Assembly (NCBI GenBank): GCA_001817505.1
Contig: MHIM01000004.1
Location: forward strand, 6,953 to 70,952
Length of the DNA stretch: 64,000 nt
Direction: 5' to 3'
Source of the DNA: Candidatus Buchananbacteria bacterium RIFCSPLOWO2_01_FULL_39_33
GTDB lineage: Bacteria > Patescibacteriota > Patescibacteriia > 2-01-FULL-39-33
Shown here: positions 9,588 to 21,070 of the stretch, in pieces
Position numbering within the stretch: the stretch's first letter is position 1
Layout: each line of letters starts with the position of its first letter
The notes under the pieces: model-generated
Databases searched by the model: none
The model's input: only the letters and a program-made list of their open reading frames with translations
What the model was told of the DNA's origin: nothing
Made by a program: the position numbers and the translations under genes

Positions 9588-10750
9588 AATTTTCCCCGGC
9601 TTATTGCTTGGCGAATTTCCACCATTAAGGTTAAATAAAATTCCAAATTATTCAAAGTTGCCAAGCGCATAGCTAAGGGCTCTTTGGTTTTGAATAAGTG
9701 ATGCAAATAAGCCCGGCTGTATTGTTTTAGGTTAGTGTTATTGATAGGCGTTTTATCACTTCTGAACCTCGCATTAGTGATATTTATAGTAGTATAAAAT
9801 TTTCCTTCCTTTCCCAAAGAAAGACCAGGGAGAAATTGGCCGACTGTCGGCCAACCTCCCCTTAATCCCCTCCTTGGTAAGGAGGGGAAACAATATAACC
9901 GACCATGTCTGGCTTCCCGAGTCGGGATGACACAGTCAAACATATCCACACCGCGTTTGACTGCTTCAATGATATTGGCCGGCGTGCCTACACCCATTAA
10001 ATACCGCGGTTTATCCTTTGGCATGGCTGGAGTTAAATAATCCAAAACTTTATACATTTCTTTGGGACTTTCGCCAACCGCCAAGCCGCCAATAGCATAA
10101 CCGTCCCAGCCAAGCGAAACCAAGTCATTTAAACTCTTTAAGCGCAAATCTTTATATAAACCGCCTTGAATAATTCCAAAAAATAATTGATTTCTTGATT
10201 TATTGTTTTCTGGTTTTCTTGTTTTTTTGATTTCTTGACTAGCTTCCTTGGCCCAAATAGTCGTCAAATCAACCGCTGCTTTAATTTTTGATTTATTTTC
10301 TTTGGAACTCGGACAGACATCTAAAATCATAGCAATATCCGAGCCGATTATTTTTTGTATCTCTAAAACTTTTTTCGGCGTTAAAACATGCTTACTGCCA
10401 TCAATGGGCGAACTAAATTCAACACCATAGGGCATGATCTTTCTAATTTTAGCCAGAGAAAAAACCTGAAAGCCGCCGCTATCGGTTAAAATCGGGCCTG
10501 ACCAGTTCATTAATTTATGCAAACCACCGATCTTTTCTAAAACCTTTAAACCCGGCTGAAGATATAAATGATAAGTGTTAGCCAAGATAATTTCCGCTCC
10601 CAAACCCTTAACTTCATCGGCAGTCAGGTTTTTTACCGCCGCTTTAGTGGCTAGAGGCATAAAAAACGGAGTTGGGATATCTCCGTGCGCCGTTTTTAAA
10701 ATTCCCAAGCGGGCCTGGGATTTTTGGGAAGTTTTTAATAATTTATACAT
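9584..10750 (-). CDS. tgt: tRNA-guanine transglycosylase carrying an in-frame palindromic insertion
   Basis: TPFFMP, ANTYHL, TDSGGFQVFSL, GIIQGG, RYLMGVG, DMFDCVIPTR. Confidence 0.97.
   Translation of the reverse strand: MYKLLKTSQKSQARLGILKTAHGDIPTPFFMPLATKAAVKNLTADEVKGLGAEIILANTYHLYLQPGLKVLEKIGGLHKLMNWSGPILTDSGGFQVFSLAKIRKIMPYGVEFSSPIDGSKHVLTPKKVLEIQKIIGSDIAMILDVCPSSKENKSKIKAAVDLTTIWAKEASQEIKKTRKPENNKSRNQLFFGIIQGGLYKDLRLKSLNDLVSLGWDGYAIGGLAVGESPKEMYKVLDYLTPAMPKDKPRYLMGVGTPANIIEAVKRGVDMFDCVIPTREARHGRLYCFPSLPRRGLRGGWPTVGQFLPGLSLGKEGKFYTTINITNARFRSDKTPINNTNLKQYSRAYLHHLFKTKEPLAMRLATLNNLEFYLTLMVEIRQAISRGKL
9802..9889. mobile_element. miniature palindromic element (family P) inside tgt
   Basis: reverse complement begins tcccctccttaccaaggagggg, identical to the start of the uvrA copy at 52787. 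Confidence 0.75.
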
Positions 10751-10871
10751 TTCTAATTAATTTCTAATTTCCAATTTCTTCAGGCCATAGGCAGATCCCA
10801 TACCAGAGGCGGGCACGGCGCCTTTGGCGGAAAATAATTTAAAAATTAATTAATTGTTTTTTTAAATTACT

Positions 10872-12908
10872 CTACTGAACAATGCCCTTGGTCTGACCTA
10901 AAATCGGGTCGTCAAAAGCAGTGGTAATGGCTTTGACTTCTTTACTGATGGCAGCGCCGGTTTCGCTGTCTTTGGCCGTTAGATTGATATTGGAGAGTAA
11001 AATCAAAATCCGGCCCCGATCGTTGTCAGTTGGTTTGATATCAATATTAAAAGTGGCAATAACCGGCTGGGCTGACTTATCTAAATTTGAAATATTCCAA
11101 ATAACTTCACCGGCAACCGCGTTGTAAATTAAGTCACCTTGATCATGAGTTTCTCTGTTTGACCAAAAAACATTGCTTGGCAATTTGGCCTTCACTTGAA
11201 TATTCTCCGCCCGATGCAAATTATTAGATAAAGCCAATTTAATATTATAAGTTGAAAGTTCGCCAACCCGGGGTTCTATCGGCCCCAGGCCCAAGGGAAC
11301 ATTATCTTCGTTATAATACCTGGCTTCAGCTGACATGGTCAAATCGGAATTGACGGAATTAACCAAAATTTTCGTGCTAACAACCGATTCACCCGTTAAT
11401 TTTCCCGTCTGCTGCGCTTTGGCTTCAATAAAACTCTCAACACTGAACTTGCCGACATTAATATCATTGATAGCTGAGGCATCCTGAACTCTGATCTGCC
11501 AATCTATCTGTCCCTCTTCGCCAGCTCCCAATTTCAATAATTTCGGTATGCGCCGGCCGGTCCAAATTATTGAATTATCCTCCCTGACACCCTTATTTTC
11601 ATCTTTGAGAGTGTTCCAGTCCAAAATTTCGGAGTTTAAATTAGCTTTAATCTGGATATTTTCCAAATTTTCTTCGCCGGTATTTTTATAATTAAGGGTA
11701 TAAACCAGCAAATCGCCGAAACTTATCGGCTGGTCCTCGCTCGAACCATTAACAATAAGCTGCATGGATAATTGGTCTTTAATAACTTCAGTCACCAGTG
11801 TTTCTTCACTTTGGGGATAATAATCACCGTCCTTTTTAAGCTGAAGCCGAGCGGTAAAATCGCGATTGCCACCGCTTTCAGCGGCTGAATAATCACCCTT
11901 CACCTTAATTTCGCCCCTGGTTCCGGCTTTCAATTCCGCCAGATTCCAAGTGTTATTCATTTCTTTTTCCGAAGACGGCTCGGCCGAACCCAAGACGAAT
12001 GATTCCGGATAAACAGTCACTATCTGAAGATTAGTGAAATCCTCTTCGCTGGAATTTTCATATTTTATAACATACTCAACTTCCTGATTAGCCAAGGTCT
12101 TATCCGGTCCAGTTATATCCAAACCAAAAACCGAGGCAGAAACCATGACATCAACAATGGTTTCCTGCTTGAAATTGGCATTGAGATTAGCCGGCTTGAA
12201 ATTCAGCCAGCCCCTGAAGGTCTGGGTGGATTTTAAAGCAGCAATTATTTTTCCTTTTAATTCTATTTTTTGGCTTTCGCCTGATTTTAAAACGCTGAAA
12301 CTCCAGCTGTTATTTTTATCGCCGCCAGCTTTGGGGACAGCATCAAGATAAATGAAGTTCTCGGGATATAAAAGCTCCAACTCCAAATTATAAAGATCCA
12401 CTTTCTCCTTATTGGTGATAGTCACTGTATAAATGCCTTCTTGGCCGGAAATAATGGTAATCGGCGTATCTATTTTAAGAGTAATGCGCTCATTAGTGAA
12501 ATTATCGGTATTCCAGTTGCTGAAAAACCAGAAACCGGCAATTGCCACTACGAATAAAACTGAAAAAACACCGATCAAGGAATACAACAACGTCTGCCAG
12601 GGTGATTTATCGTTTTTTTCCAAGCGAGTTAAATCGGGTATCTCGCCATCGCCGTCGGTATAAACTTCCGTTAGCTTCCTTTGGATCTCACTGTTCTCCG
12701 GCTGTCTTTCCCCAGCCGGCTTAAATTCTAAAGATTTACCGGCCCGATTTTTCTTGGCCATTAGCTTGGCCAGATCATCTTGCATGGTGGTAACCAACCC
12801 TTTCTTGTTTTTATCCTTGACAGCGGTGGCAATTTTGTCCTTCTTGGATTTAATCAATGGATTCAGGGGCTGGTCGCCACTAGTTGATAGATAATTTTTG
12901 ACCGACAT
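10872..12908 (-). CDS. membrane-anchored protein with repeated DUF11-like Ig domains
   Basis: single TM followed by repeated Y..x..N...L.N...LP...W units. Confidence 0.75.
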   Translation of the reverse strand: MSVKNYLSTSGDQPLNPLIKSKKDKIATAVKDKNKKGLVTTMQDDLAKLMAKKNRAGKSLEFKPAGERQPENSEIQRKLTEVYTDGDGEIPDLTRLEKNDKSPWQTLLYSLIGVFSVLFVVAIAGFWFFSNWNTDNFTNERITLKIDTPITIISGQEGIYTVTITNKEKVDLYNLELELLYPENFIYLDAVPKAGGDKNNSWSFSVLKSGESQKIELKGKIIAALKSTQTFRGWLNFKPANLNANFKQETIVDVMVSASVFGLDITGPDKTLANQEVEYVIKYENSSEEDFTNLQIVTVYPESFVLGSAEPSSEKEMNNTWNLAELKAGTRGEIKVKGDYSAAESGGNRDFTARLQLKKDGDYYPQSEETLVTEVIKDQLSMQLIVNGSSEDQPISFGDLLVYTLNYKNTGEENLENIQIKANLNSEILDWNTLKDENKGVREDNSIIWTGRRIPKLLKLGAGEEGQIDWQIRVQDASAINDINVGKFSVESFIEAKAQQTGKLTGESVVSTKILVNSVNSDLTMSAEARYYNEDNVPLGLGPIEPRVGELSTYNIKLALSNNLHRAENIQVKAKLPSNVFWSNRETHDQGDLIYNAVAGEVIWNISNLDKSAQPVIATFNIDIKPTDNDRGRILILLSNINLTAKDSETGAAISKEVKAITTAFDDPILGQTKGIVQ

Positions 12909-12928
12909 AGGATTGATAAATAAGTAAT

Positions 12929-15745
12929 TTAATATTGAAAGCCAATAAAATAAAATAAGTCATGTGTCAGCTTATCGCGGTAAATGCTCTCTTGGGCGTT
13001 ATTTTCAACTGCGCCGGGATAACTGGGATAAGTAATTTGGGAACTTAGTCCGCTGGGGTATTCAACTTGGCTGACAAAATAATCATCATCACTGCCGGGT
13101 TGTTTTTGGACTAATAAACTATAAGAATTATAAGTAAGGCGATTAAAAAAAGCCGCCTTGATTTTATCTAATAATCCGTCACTTTTATTTTCTTCGCGAT
13201 TTAAGTTAAGTCCGAAAGGCAGTTTATAAACTAATAAAACCTCCCGGTCATCACCCGGCGCCACAGTCAGCCAATTGGCAAAAACCGTCTTGCCATCTTC
13301 GTTGTATATTTTAGTTGATGTTTCCTTATCAATTAAGGCCGCCTTTTCATTGAGCAGGGCTGGATTCTCTTTTAAATAATCATCAACCGGCTTAAACTCG
13401 TTATCGGCCGGGTGTTTGAAGCCTTGGGCCTTTAAAAGTTCACTGCCCAGCGGCACATAAACCCTGATATAGCTGCGATTGGGCAGATTGGTAAAATTAC
13501 CGTCAAGCGGGCCAAAGTGACTTCGGTTGATAACCACATTGTCAATGATCGACCCATCCTCGGCAATGCTGGCTTGATGATAAATTTCTTGCCGGATGGC
13601 ACTATCGGTCTTACCGCCGCCGATGTTAGTGACAACCACATTTAAATAATCCTGGCCGGTATCTTTTAGCCGGCCATCCCAATTGTTCTCTGCCACAAAT
13701 TTTTGCTCGTTTTCATCGGCTAAATAAACCAAAATGTCTTTTTCGGCCAGGCCTTGATTCAAAGCTGAAGCCAAAGATAACATTTGATCGGGAGCAATAG
13801 CCAATATTTTTTCAATCAGCTTGGGCGCTAAATCGCTTAATATTTTTTTGGGCTGGGTTTTATCTTGGGCTTCAACTTCAATGCTTTGCTGTAATTCCAT
13901 TTCAAAATTAGTCGCTTTGATGGTTTTTTGGTAATCGGGCATTTCAATCGGGCCAATAACAGCTAATAAGCTACCCAACCAATCGGAATTTATAGCAATC
14001 ACTCCATCAATGGTAGCGCCGGCGCTGTCATTGTAAAAATACGAGATATTTTTAGCTGAAGTCGGCCAGTCGGGCCACCAATTAGCATCTTGAAATTCCC
14101 ATCTTTGATTGACTAATCTCAGCGGTTCGGGTGATTGCCATAACTTGGTCAAACCGGCTTTAAAATCATAAGTTCCGCCGGACGGTATTTCAATATTTTC
14201 AATATTCCCATTTTTAAAATCTACCAAAGCGACGCTGCCCATAAAGCCGCCGGTGGCTCGAAGTTCATTGTCATTTTGAAAAACTATCAAATACCGTTTT
14301 AAACCCTGTTCGCCCAAAAAATTCGTGATGAAACCCATCAGGTTATCGGATTTTTTCAAACTGGCTATAAACATCGGCAAATTATCTTTTAATTCAACGA
14401 ATTTATCCTGATTTTCCGCCGGCAAATGGCTTATTTTTATTTTACTAACATTTTCTTCAGCTGACTCCATTTGCCTTAAGGCCTCTTTGGTGTCCACTTG
14501 GAAATTTTTTACCCGAGATGACAAGGACAAGTCCGATTCACCGGTAAACTGGTTCAAGCCGGCTACGATAAACTCGCCGGCTTTGGTCAATTTTTCGCCC
14601 AAATCAATTAAATTCTTGCCACTGCGATAAGTATTATTCAAAGGCAAGATCTCGGCCAAAATAGTCAAAAATGATTTGATTTCAGCCAGTTGTTTCTGAG
14701 CTGAAATAAAATCATTATTAGCAGCTGATAAATAACTTTGCGCTTCGCTAAATTTAAAATCAGCCAGCGCCGATTGAGCCGAGGTTAAACTGTTTAAGGC
14801 CTCCTCGGCCTGACCCAGCACCTGGCCTTTGGTTTCTTTAGCGCTTTCTAAATAAAAATATAACCTGATGGGAATAACAATCAAAAGAGCTACTACTGAA
14901 AATGCCAACAACGGTTTTAAAGACAATTGGCTTAGTTCAAAACTTTTTATTAAGCCGCTAAAATTAATCGGGGGTAAATTAATTCTGAATCTCTTATTGA
15001 CTAAAGAATTTGTTTGGCTGGTCGGCAATGGATTTTTTTCAATTGCTATCACTTTTTTCGTCTCCAGGACAACTACCTCGTCCCGACCAATATATTGACC
15101 CACCAAATTGGCATAGAGGTGGCTGACTAAACGCCAGCCCAGGTTAAAAAGCCAGCTGATTTTGGAACTGATAAAAAATAAAAAATTAATAATTGATATC
15201 TCCTGCCAAATATCAAAACCTTGGTTGGCTTTGGCCTTTTTTTTCGCCAGCGGCAATTTGGGAGAAAAATCAATGCGCTGAAAAGGTTTTTTAACCAGCC
15301 ATGTAAATTTAGACCAGCCATACTTGAGCCAATTTAAGATTTCGCTGTTATTCAGCGCCAGAAGTTGGAAAATCTGCAATTTTTCCAAGATTTCTCCGGC
15401 CGGTAAATCCTGATAACTGACTTGAAAACTGCCATCTAAGGTCGGCTTGACTCTTTCTATGTACCGCTTCTTCGATAAATCCAAAAGATAGGGCGACGAA
15501 TATTGGTCAAGCGGGTGCTCGGCAATATTAACACCAACCGAACTGTTATAAGAAGTCCCTACGGGGATATGATGCAAGCCGCCAAATCGGTTTTCTTCAA
15601 ACATAACAATATCAAGCGACTTCTTATCGCCATCAAAAATTTTCTTCACCCTGTTTGATAAAACCGCTTTTTTCTTAGCCAGCCGTTTCTTGACCCTAAT
15701 CTTCGGGATTTTTTTATTCACCTTCATGTTTTTTTGAAGCATCAC
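12929..15745 (-). CDS. DUF4012 domain protein
   Basis: YLIVFQNDNELRATGGFMGS, DANWWPDWPTSA, NIGGGKTD, YIRVYVPLGS, VQKQPG. Confidence 0.88.
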   Translation of the reverse strand: MMLQKNMKVNKKIPKIRVKKRLAKKKAVLSNRVKKIFDGDKKSLDIVMFEENRFGGLHHIPVGTSYNSSVGVNIAEHPLDQYSSPYLLDLSKKRYIERVKPTLDGSFQVSYQDLPAGEILEKLQIFQLLALNNSEILNWLKYGWSKFTWLVKKPFQRIDFSPKLPLAKKKAKANQGFDIWQEISIINFLFFISSKISWLFNLGWRLVSHLYANLVGQYIGRDEVVVLETKKVIAIEKNPLPTSQTNSLVNKRFRINLPPINFSGLIKSFELSQLSLKPLLAFSVVALLIVIPIRLYFYLESAKETKGQVLGQAEEALNSLTSAQSALADFKFSEAQSYLSAANNDFISAQKQLAEIKSFLTILAEILPLNNTYRSGKNLIDLGEKLTKAGEFIVAGLNQFTGESDLSLSSRVKNFQVDTKEALRQMESAEENVSKIKISHLPAENQDKFVELKDNLPMFIASLKKSDNLMGFITNFLGEQGLKRYLIVFQNDNELRATGGFMGSVALVDFKNGNIENIEIPSGGTYDFKAGLTKLWQSPEPLRLVNQRWEFQDANWWPDWPTSAKNISYFYNDSAGATIDGVIAINSDWLGSLLAVIGPIEMPDYQKTIKATNFEMELQQSIEVEAQDKTQPKKILSDLAPKLIEKILAIAPDQMLSLASALNQGLAEKDILVYLADENEQKFVAENNWDGRLKDTGQDYLNVVVTNIGGGKTDSAIRQEIYHQASIAEDGSIIDNVVINRSHFGPLDGNFTNLPNRSYIRVYVPLGSELLKAQGFKHPADNEFKPVDDYLKENPALLNEKAALIDKETSTKIYNEDGKTVFANWLTVAPGDDREVLLVYKLPFGLNLNREENKSDGLLDKIKAAFFNRLTYNSYSLLVQKQPGSDDDYFVSQVEYPSGLSSQITYPSYPGAVENNAQESIYRDKLTHDLFYFIGFQY

Positions 15746-15901
15746 AAAAAATCTTGGTTGTTTTGAGAAATTTTCTCTTTAAATATTGCTGTTATTATAA
15801 CATAAAAGCCTAAATTCACAAAAGCACAAAAGCACAAAGTAGCACCAAGCTACTTGTTTTAAAGCTTATTTATCAACAGATCATAGATATGTTTTTGTTT
15901 T

Positions 15902-17017
15902 TTAGTTCTGTTGGTATTCTTTAAGAGTTTTTTGAGCGCAATCATCCCAAGAATATCTTTTGACATTCTCCAGGCCTTTGACTTTTAAACTAGCCAATAA
16001 TTCGGGATTATTTAAAGTATTGGTAATAACCTTAACTATCGTTTGAATATTATCAGGATCAAAATAAACAGCGCTCTCGCCCAATATTTCCGGCAGACAA
16101 GTTGAATTGGAGCTGACAACCGGCAAGCTATAACTCTGGGCTTCCAAGGGCGGCAGGCCGAAACCCTCAATTAAGCTGGGGAAAACATAGAGCTTGGCTG
16201 ACTTATAAAGGCCAGTCAATTCGTCATCGCTAAGGTAATCAGTTAGAATAACATTATTTTCTAACTTCTCTTTTTTTATTTCTTTGGCTAACCGGTTATA
16301 AAAATAATTTTTCTTACCCACCAAAACTAACTGCAAATTCGGATTATCAATAATCTTAAAAGCTGAAATTAATTTTTCCAGATTTTTATGCGGATAAGCT
16401 GAACCGACATAAAGCAAAAAATCTTTACTGATTCCCAGTTTAGTTTTTAATTCATTACAATTCATTTGACTAGTTTTGGGCAAATCAACGCCTTCATAGG
16501 TTACTATGATTTTTGCTGGTTCAATTTTTAACAGTTTAATAATATCTTTTTTAGTGTATTTAGAAACCGCAATTATTTTTTTGGCTTTTTGAGCGGCGTT
16601 TTTAATTATGACTTTATAAAAAAATAATTTGATTTTATAAACCAGAGGGTTAAGAGTAGTAGTCCGGCTATTGGGATAATGCGAAATAATCAAATCATGG
16701 ATAGTCACAATAAATTTACCTCGATAAAAAATCGGCGCGTTAAAATGGGGAAAGTGAACCAAATCTAGCTGATATTTCTTTAATAGAGGTGGAAACAACA
16801 GTTGTTCCTTTAAGCCATAAACTTTAAAGTCAGCCAAAACTTTCTGGAAATTTTTATTGCTCGGCTGATAGTCATTAAAATTGTCTTTTGATAAAAAAAT
16901 AAATAATTTAGTATTCTGATCAGTTTGCAATTCCAGCTGTTTAATTAAATTTTCCGTGTACCGTCCGATACCGCCATGTTGTGATCCATATAACCTGGCA
17001 TCTAGTCCGATTTTCAT
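15902..17017 (-). CDS. glycosyltransferase family 4 (GT-B)
   Basis: GGIGRY, TIHDL, PHKN, EGFGLPPLEA. Confidence 0.93.
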   Translation of the reverse strand: MKIGLDARLYGSQHGGIGRYTENLIKQLELQTDQNTKLFIFLSKDNFNDYQPSNKNFQKVLADFKVYGLKEQLLFPPLLKKYQLDLVHFPHFNAPIFYRGKFIVTIHDLIISHYPNSRTTTLNPLVYKIKLFFYKVIIKNAAQKAKKIIAVSKYTKKDIIKLLKIEPAKIIVTYEGVDLPKTSQMNCNELKTKLGISKDFLLYVGSAYPHKNLEKLISAFKIIDNPNLQLVLVGKKNYFYNRLAKEIKKEKLENNVILTDYLSDDELTGLYKSAKLYVFPSLIEGFGLPPLEAQSYSLPVVSSNSTCLPEILGESAVYFDPDNIQTIVKVITNTLNNPELLASLKVKGLENVKRYSWDDCAQKTLKEYQQN

Positions 17018-18132
17018 ATTATTTTTAAACTATTAAATATAGCCAAGGTTTCCTTGGCTGTCTGATGCCAACTATATTCTTTGGCTTTAGCCAAACCACT
17101 TTTAATCAGATTAGCCCTTAGGATTTTGTCTTCTAAAATAAACTCAATGGCTTTTTTAATTTCACTTATATTATAAGGATCAACCAATAAACCGGCGTTA
17201 GCGACCACTTCTGCCTGCGAAGAATTTGAGCCAGCAATGACCGGCGTGCCACAGGCCATAGCTTCAATCAGCGGCAAGCCGAAACCTTCATAATAAGAAG
17301 GGTAGACGAAAACGTCAGCTAAATTATACAATCCCTTTTTATCCTCTTCTTTAACATAACCAACTATCTTAATTTTATCATTTTCAGCCGCTAATTGCTT
17401 AATAGCTTTTGATTTCCAACCGTCGCCGCCGCCAATCACCAAATAATGATCAGTTTTCAATTGGTTAAAGGCCTCAATAATACTTTCAATGTTTTTCCTA
17501 GGTTCTAATGTCCCTAAAAATAATAAAAATCTATTCGGCAATTTATATCTCCTTTTAACTCGCTCCAATTCAATTTTATTATCAACTGGCTGGAATTTTG
17601 GGTCAACTCCTCCATAAATCACTTTTATTTTATCATCTTTGATTTTCAACAAGTGAACCAAGTCGTTTTTAGTATTGACAGAATCGGCAATAATAACATC
17701 GGACTCCTGTATTATTTTTTTAGCCATGATTATTTTATGCCAAATTATTGATTTTAAAGTAAAAAATTCCGGATACCGCCAATAGGACAAATCATGGACA
17801 ATAATCACTCGCCGGCAATAATTGGAAAAAGCCGCAGAATTAATATTGGGCATAAAAAAAACATCAACGCCGCCTATCATCTTATCTATTTTTGGCTTAT
17901 TGCCGATATGGAAAAACAAATTTAAAATTTTATTGGGATATTTAAAGCCGGCGTAGCTAACATTAGCGCTTTTAAAATCCGGCAAATTAACCGGCTTGGC
18001 ATTATTATAAAAAAGAACATATTCATTATTTTCATCTATGGCAAAAAGCGCCGTAAGCAAATTAAAAGTGTACCAAGCCACGCCGGAATAATTAGCCGCC
18101 ATTAGACACCTTACATCAATGCCGATTTTCAT
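17014..18132 (-). CDS. glycosyltransferase family 4 (GT-B)
   Basis: GTLEPRKN, YPSYYEGFGLPLIEAMACGTPV. Confidence 0.93.
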   Translation of the reverse strand: MKIGIDVRCLMAANYSGVAWYTFNLLTALFAIDENNEYVLFYNNAKPVNLPDFKSANVSYAGFKYPNKILNLFFHIGNKPKIDKMIGGVDVFFMPNINSAAFSNYCRRVIIVHDLSYWRYPEFFTLKSIIWHKIIMAKKIIQESDVIIADSVNTKNDLVHLLKIKDDKIKVIYGGVDPKFQPVDNKIELERVKRRYKLPNRFLLFLGTLEPRKNIESIIEAFNQLKTDHYLVIGGGDGWKSKAIKQLAAENDKIKIVGYVKEEDKKGLYNLADVFVYPSYYEGFGLPLIEAMACGTPVIAGSNSSQAEVVANAGLLVDPYNISEIKKAIEFILEDKILRANLIKSGLAKAKEYSWHQTAKETLAIFNSLKII

Positions 18133-19282
18133 AACTTAATATTTCATTTATTCTCTTTTTAAAATTATCAAGGCTGAAATTTTTAGCATGGTTCCTAATC
18201 AGCTCGGGATTATATTTAGTTTCGTCAAACCTGATGATTTTATCAGCTAATTCTTCCCACCACTGCTCTTCAAAAAATTCGCCGGTCTGGCCCGCCATCA
18301 CTGTTTCCGTAGCGCCGCCGGCTTGGTAAGCAATGACTGGCCGGCCAGAGGCCATAGCTTCAATAGCCGTGATGCCGAAATCCTCCTCTTGGGGATTCAA
18401 GTAAGCCAGACAATTGGCGAAAAGATCTCTTTTGGCTTTATCCGACACTTTGCCTAAGAACTCTATATTGTTTTTGACTCGCCCGCGTAGACAAGCCAAG
18501 TTTTTTAAATATTTCATTTCCGGACCGACACCGAAAATTTTTAAGGGTATGCCCAGACGGACAAAGGCCTTGACGGCTAAATCAATTCTCTTATAAGGCA
18601 CTAAGCGGCCGCCGGCCAAATAATATTTCTTAGGGTGATTGGAAATATAAAAATTATCAACATCCACCGGCGGATAAACCACCTGGCTGTCGCGCTGGTA
18701 ATATTTTTTAATCCTGTCTTTGACTGTCTGGGAACTGGCAATAAAAAAATCAACCTTATCGGCTGCTGACTTATCCCAAGCCCTTAATTTGTTCAAAGTA
18801 AAAGGCAAAATGATTTTGATTAGCGGGTTGACTTTTAAGCCCTCAACATAAGAATAGGCATCGCTCCATAAAAATCTGGTCGGCGTGTAGCAATAGCAAA
18901 TATGGCGGCTAAAGGGACTGGTAATCACTCCTTTAGAAAAAGCCGAGGCGCTGGAAATAACCAAGTCATAACCGGTTAAATTATGCCTTTCGGTTAAAAA
19001 TGGCATTAAAGCCAGCCACCACTGGTATTTTTTGACTCCTAAAGGAATTTTTTGTAAATAGGAAGTTCTAATTTCTTGATCAAGAAAAAATTTATTGGTG
19101 TTTTTTTTATCAATGATCAAAGTGAAAATCGGCGCCGCCGGAAATATTTCCTTGAGCGTCATCAATACTCTTTCAGCGCCGCCGTCTTGGGCTAAATGGT
19201 CATGGACTAAAGCCACTTTGGCGTTGGAAACTTGCTCACCTTGAGCAAATATGTTTGTTGTATAATTCTCATCTATTGCCAT
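18116..19282 (-). CDS. glycosyltransferase family 4
   Basis: VALVHDHL..GGAERV, RLVPYKRID, EEDFGITAIEAMASGRPV. Confidence 0.92.
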   Translation of the reverse strand: MAIDENYTTNIFAQGEQVSNAKVALVHDHLAQDGGAERVLMTLKEIFPAAPIFTLIIDKKNTNKFFLDQEIRTSYLQKIPLGVKKYQWWLALMPFLTERHNLTGYDLVISSASAFSKGVITSPFSRHICYCYTPTRFLWSDAYSYVEGLKVNPLIKIILPFTLNKLRAWDKSAADKVDFFIASSQTVKDRIKKYYQRDSQVVYPPVDVDNFYISNHPKKYYLAGGRLVPYKRIDLAVKAFVRLGIPLKIFGVGPEMKYLKNLACLRGRVKNNIEFLGKVSDKAKRDLFANCLAYLNPQEEDFGITAIEAMASGRPVIAYQAGGATETVMAGQTGEFFEEQWWEELADKIIRFDETKYNPELIRNHAKNFSLDNFKKRINEILSYENRH

Positions 19283-19525
19283 ATCAAAATTCTATATTAT
19301 TAGAGTATTTTTGGCAAATAAAAAACCGCTTTAGGTAATTGTCAAAGCGGTTTGATAAATACTAAATAATGATCTAAACTATTTTAAACTTTTTTATCGC
19401 CAGAAATTTGAATGCAGACCTTCTCATAACCCATCATTTTTCTCTCCTTCCTGATTTCGCTGATAGTTATCAGCCAGGTTGTTTAGCCCCAGTTTTAATT
19501 AGAGCTGGCTGATTGGTTAAAGAAC

Positions 19526-20929
19526 TTATTCTGTCTTACGTTTCTTTAAAACCGCCATTGGTGTTTTCAATAATATCAGCCAATCCAATTTCGGACTCCA
19601 ATTCTCCATATACCAGATATCTAACCTGATTTCTTCATTAAAGTCAAGGTCGCTGCGGCCAGCAACCTGCGCCATGCCGGTCATCCCTGGTTTGATAGTT
19701 AACACCCTTTTTTGGCGAATATTATACTTAGCCACTTCTTCTACTTCATGCGGCCTGGGGCCAACCAAGCTCATTTTACCAATCAGCACATTGAATAATT
19801 CCGGCAATTCATCCAAACTGAAACGCCTGATTATTTTTCCAACTCTGGTGATTCTGGGATCGTCTTTGAATTTTATCATCGGCGTGCCAGCCCGCAAATT
19901 TTCCTGGCTCTTTAAAAAATCCTCGTCAAATCTTTTTTGATGGGCGTTTTTTACCATTGATCGGAATTTAAAATAATTAAAGGGCTGACTGCCTTGGCCG
20001 ATCCTCTGATAAGAAAAAAAGACGCCGCCGCGGGAATCAATGATTATCAATAAAGTCATCAAAATCATCAGCGGTGAAAGTATGATTATTAAAATAAACG
20101 AGGCAAAAATATCAAAAGTTCTTTTATAGACCTTGCCCCAGCCGTCAAGGCGGGTTTTTTTAACTTCAATAATCGGCAGATTAGCCACAGTGTTAAATTC
20201 AAAATTAATTATCGGCGAATCAAAAATGCCGGCCACAAATTTCAAAGTCAAGTGATTTAAATAAGAAAAATTATTAAGTCGATTAACTTCCTCATCGGAA
20301 ATATTGGCATCCGCCACTAGGAGCTCGTCGATTTTATTTTTTTTAATCAGTTCGTATAATTGATTTTCAACTGTTTGGCTGAAATCAAAAAATTTGGCCA
20401 CAATTTTATAGCCGGCTTTAATATCTTTTTTGAAATTTTCTACCGCTTCATTGGCCAGCTGTCCTTTACCGATGATAACCACCCGATGAACGCCCAAGCC
20501 ATACCGATAAAGCCGGTGTTGGATAAAACGAATCAGGCCTCGGGTCATAATCACAAAAAGAGTGGAAAAAATCCAACCGGCAATGATAATAAAACGGGAA
20601 TCAAAAAGGTTACGGCTAAAGAAAAAAATGAACATTAAAATCGCCACAGCCGTGGAAGAACCCAGAACAATCTTATAAATTTCATCAATCGGCCGGCTGG
20701 TGCCGCGCATGGAATAAAGCCCGGCTAAAGCAAAGCCCAAAGGCCAGAGCAAAGCAATGACCCATAAAAGAGACAGGTAGGATTCAAACGACAATTCAAA
20801 AATCGCCGGTCTGATTTCTTGAACCGGCTGCCAAAAACGAATGAAGTAAGCAGCCAGGCCAGCTAAAATAACCGTCAAATAATCAATCGGCAGCAAGCTG
20901 GCGGAGATGGCTATTTCGGATTTTTTCAT
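19526..20929 (-). CDS. polyprenyl glycosylphosphotransferase (WcaJ/WbaP-like sugar transferase)
   Basis: KRTFDI, FKFRSM, DPRITRVG, SLDELP, MSLVGPRP, KPGMTG.AQV.GR. Confidence 0.93.
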   Translation of the reverse strand: MKKSEIAISASLLPIDYLTVILAGLAAYFIRFWQPVQEIRPAIFELSFESYLSLLWVIALLWPLGFALAGLYSMRGTSRPIDEIYKIVLGSSTAVAILMFIFFFSRNLFDSRFIIIAGWIFSTLFVIMTRGLIRFIQHRLYRYGLGVHRVVIIGKGQLANEAVENFKKDIKAGYKIVAKFFDFSQTVENQLYELIKKNKIDELLVADANISDEEVNRLNNFSYLNHLTLKFVAGIFDSPIINFEFNTVANLPIIEVKKTRLDGWGKVYKRTFDIFASFILIIILSPLMILMTLLIIIDSRGGVFFSYQRIGQGSQPFNYFKFRSMVKNAHQKRFDEDFLKSQENLRAGTPMIKFKDDPRITRVGKIIRRFSLDELPELFNVLIGKMSLVGPRPHEVEEVAKYNIRQKRVLTIKPGMTGMAQVAGRSDLDFNEEIRLDIWYMENWSPKLDWLILLKTPMAVLKKRKTE

Positions 20930-21070
20930 AAACTACAAAACTTACCAATCAATGATGAATTTACAAATATTAATTTTTTCATTTATCTTTATGTTAAGAT
21001 AATATCTTACCAGCTAAAATTGAAATTGTCAAAATTGACAAATTAATTGCTTTATGATAACATTAATAAT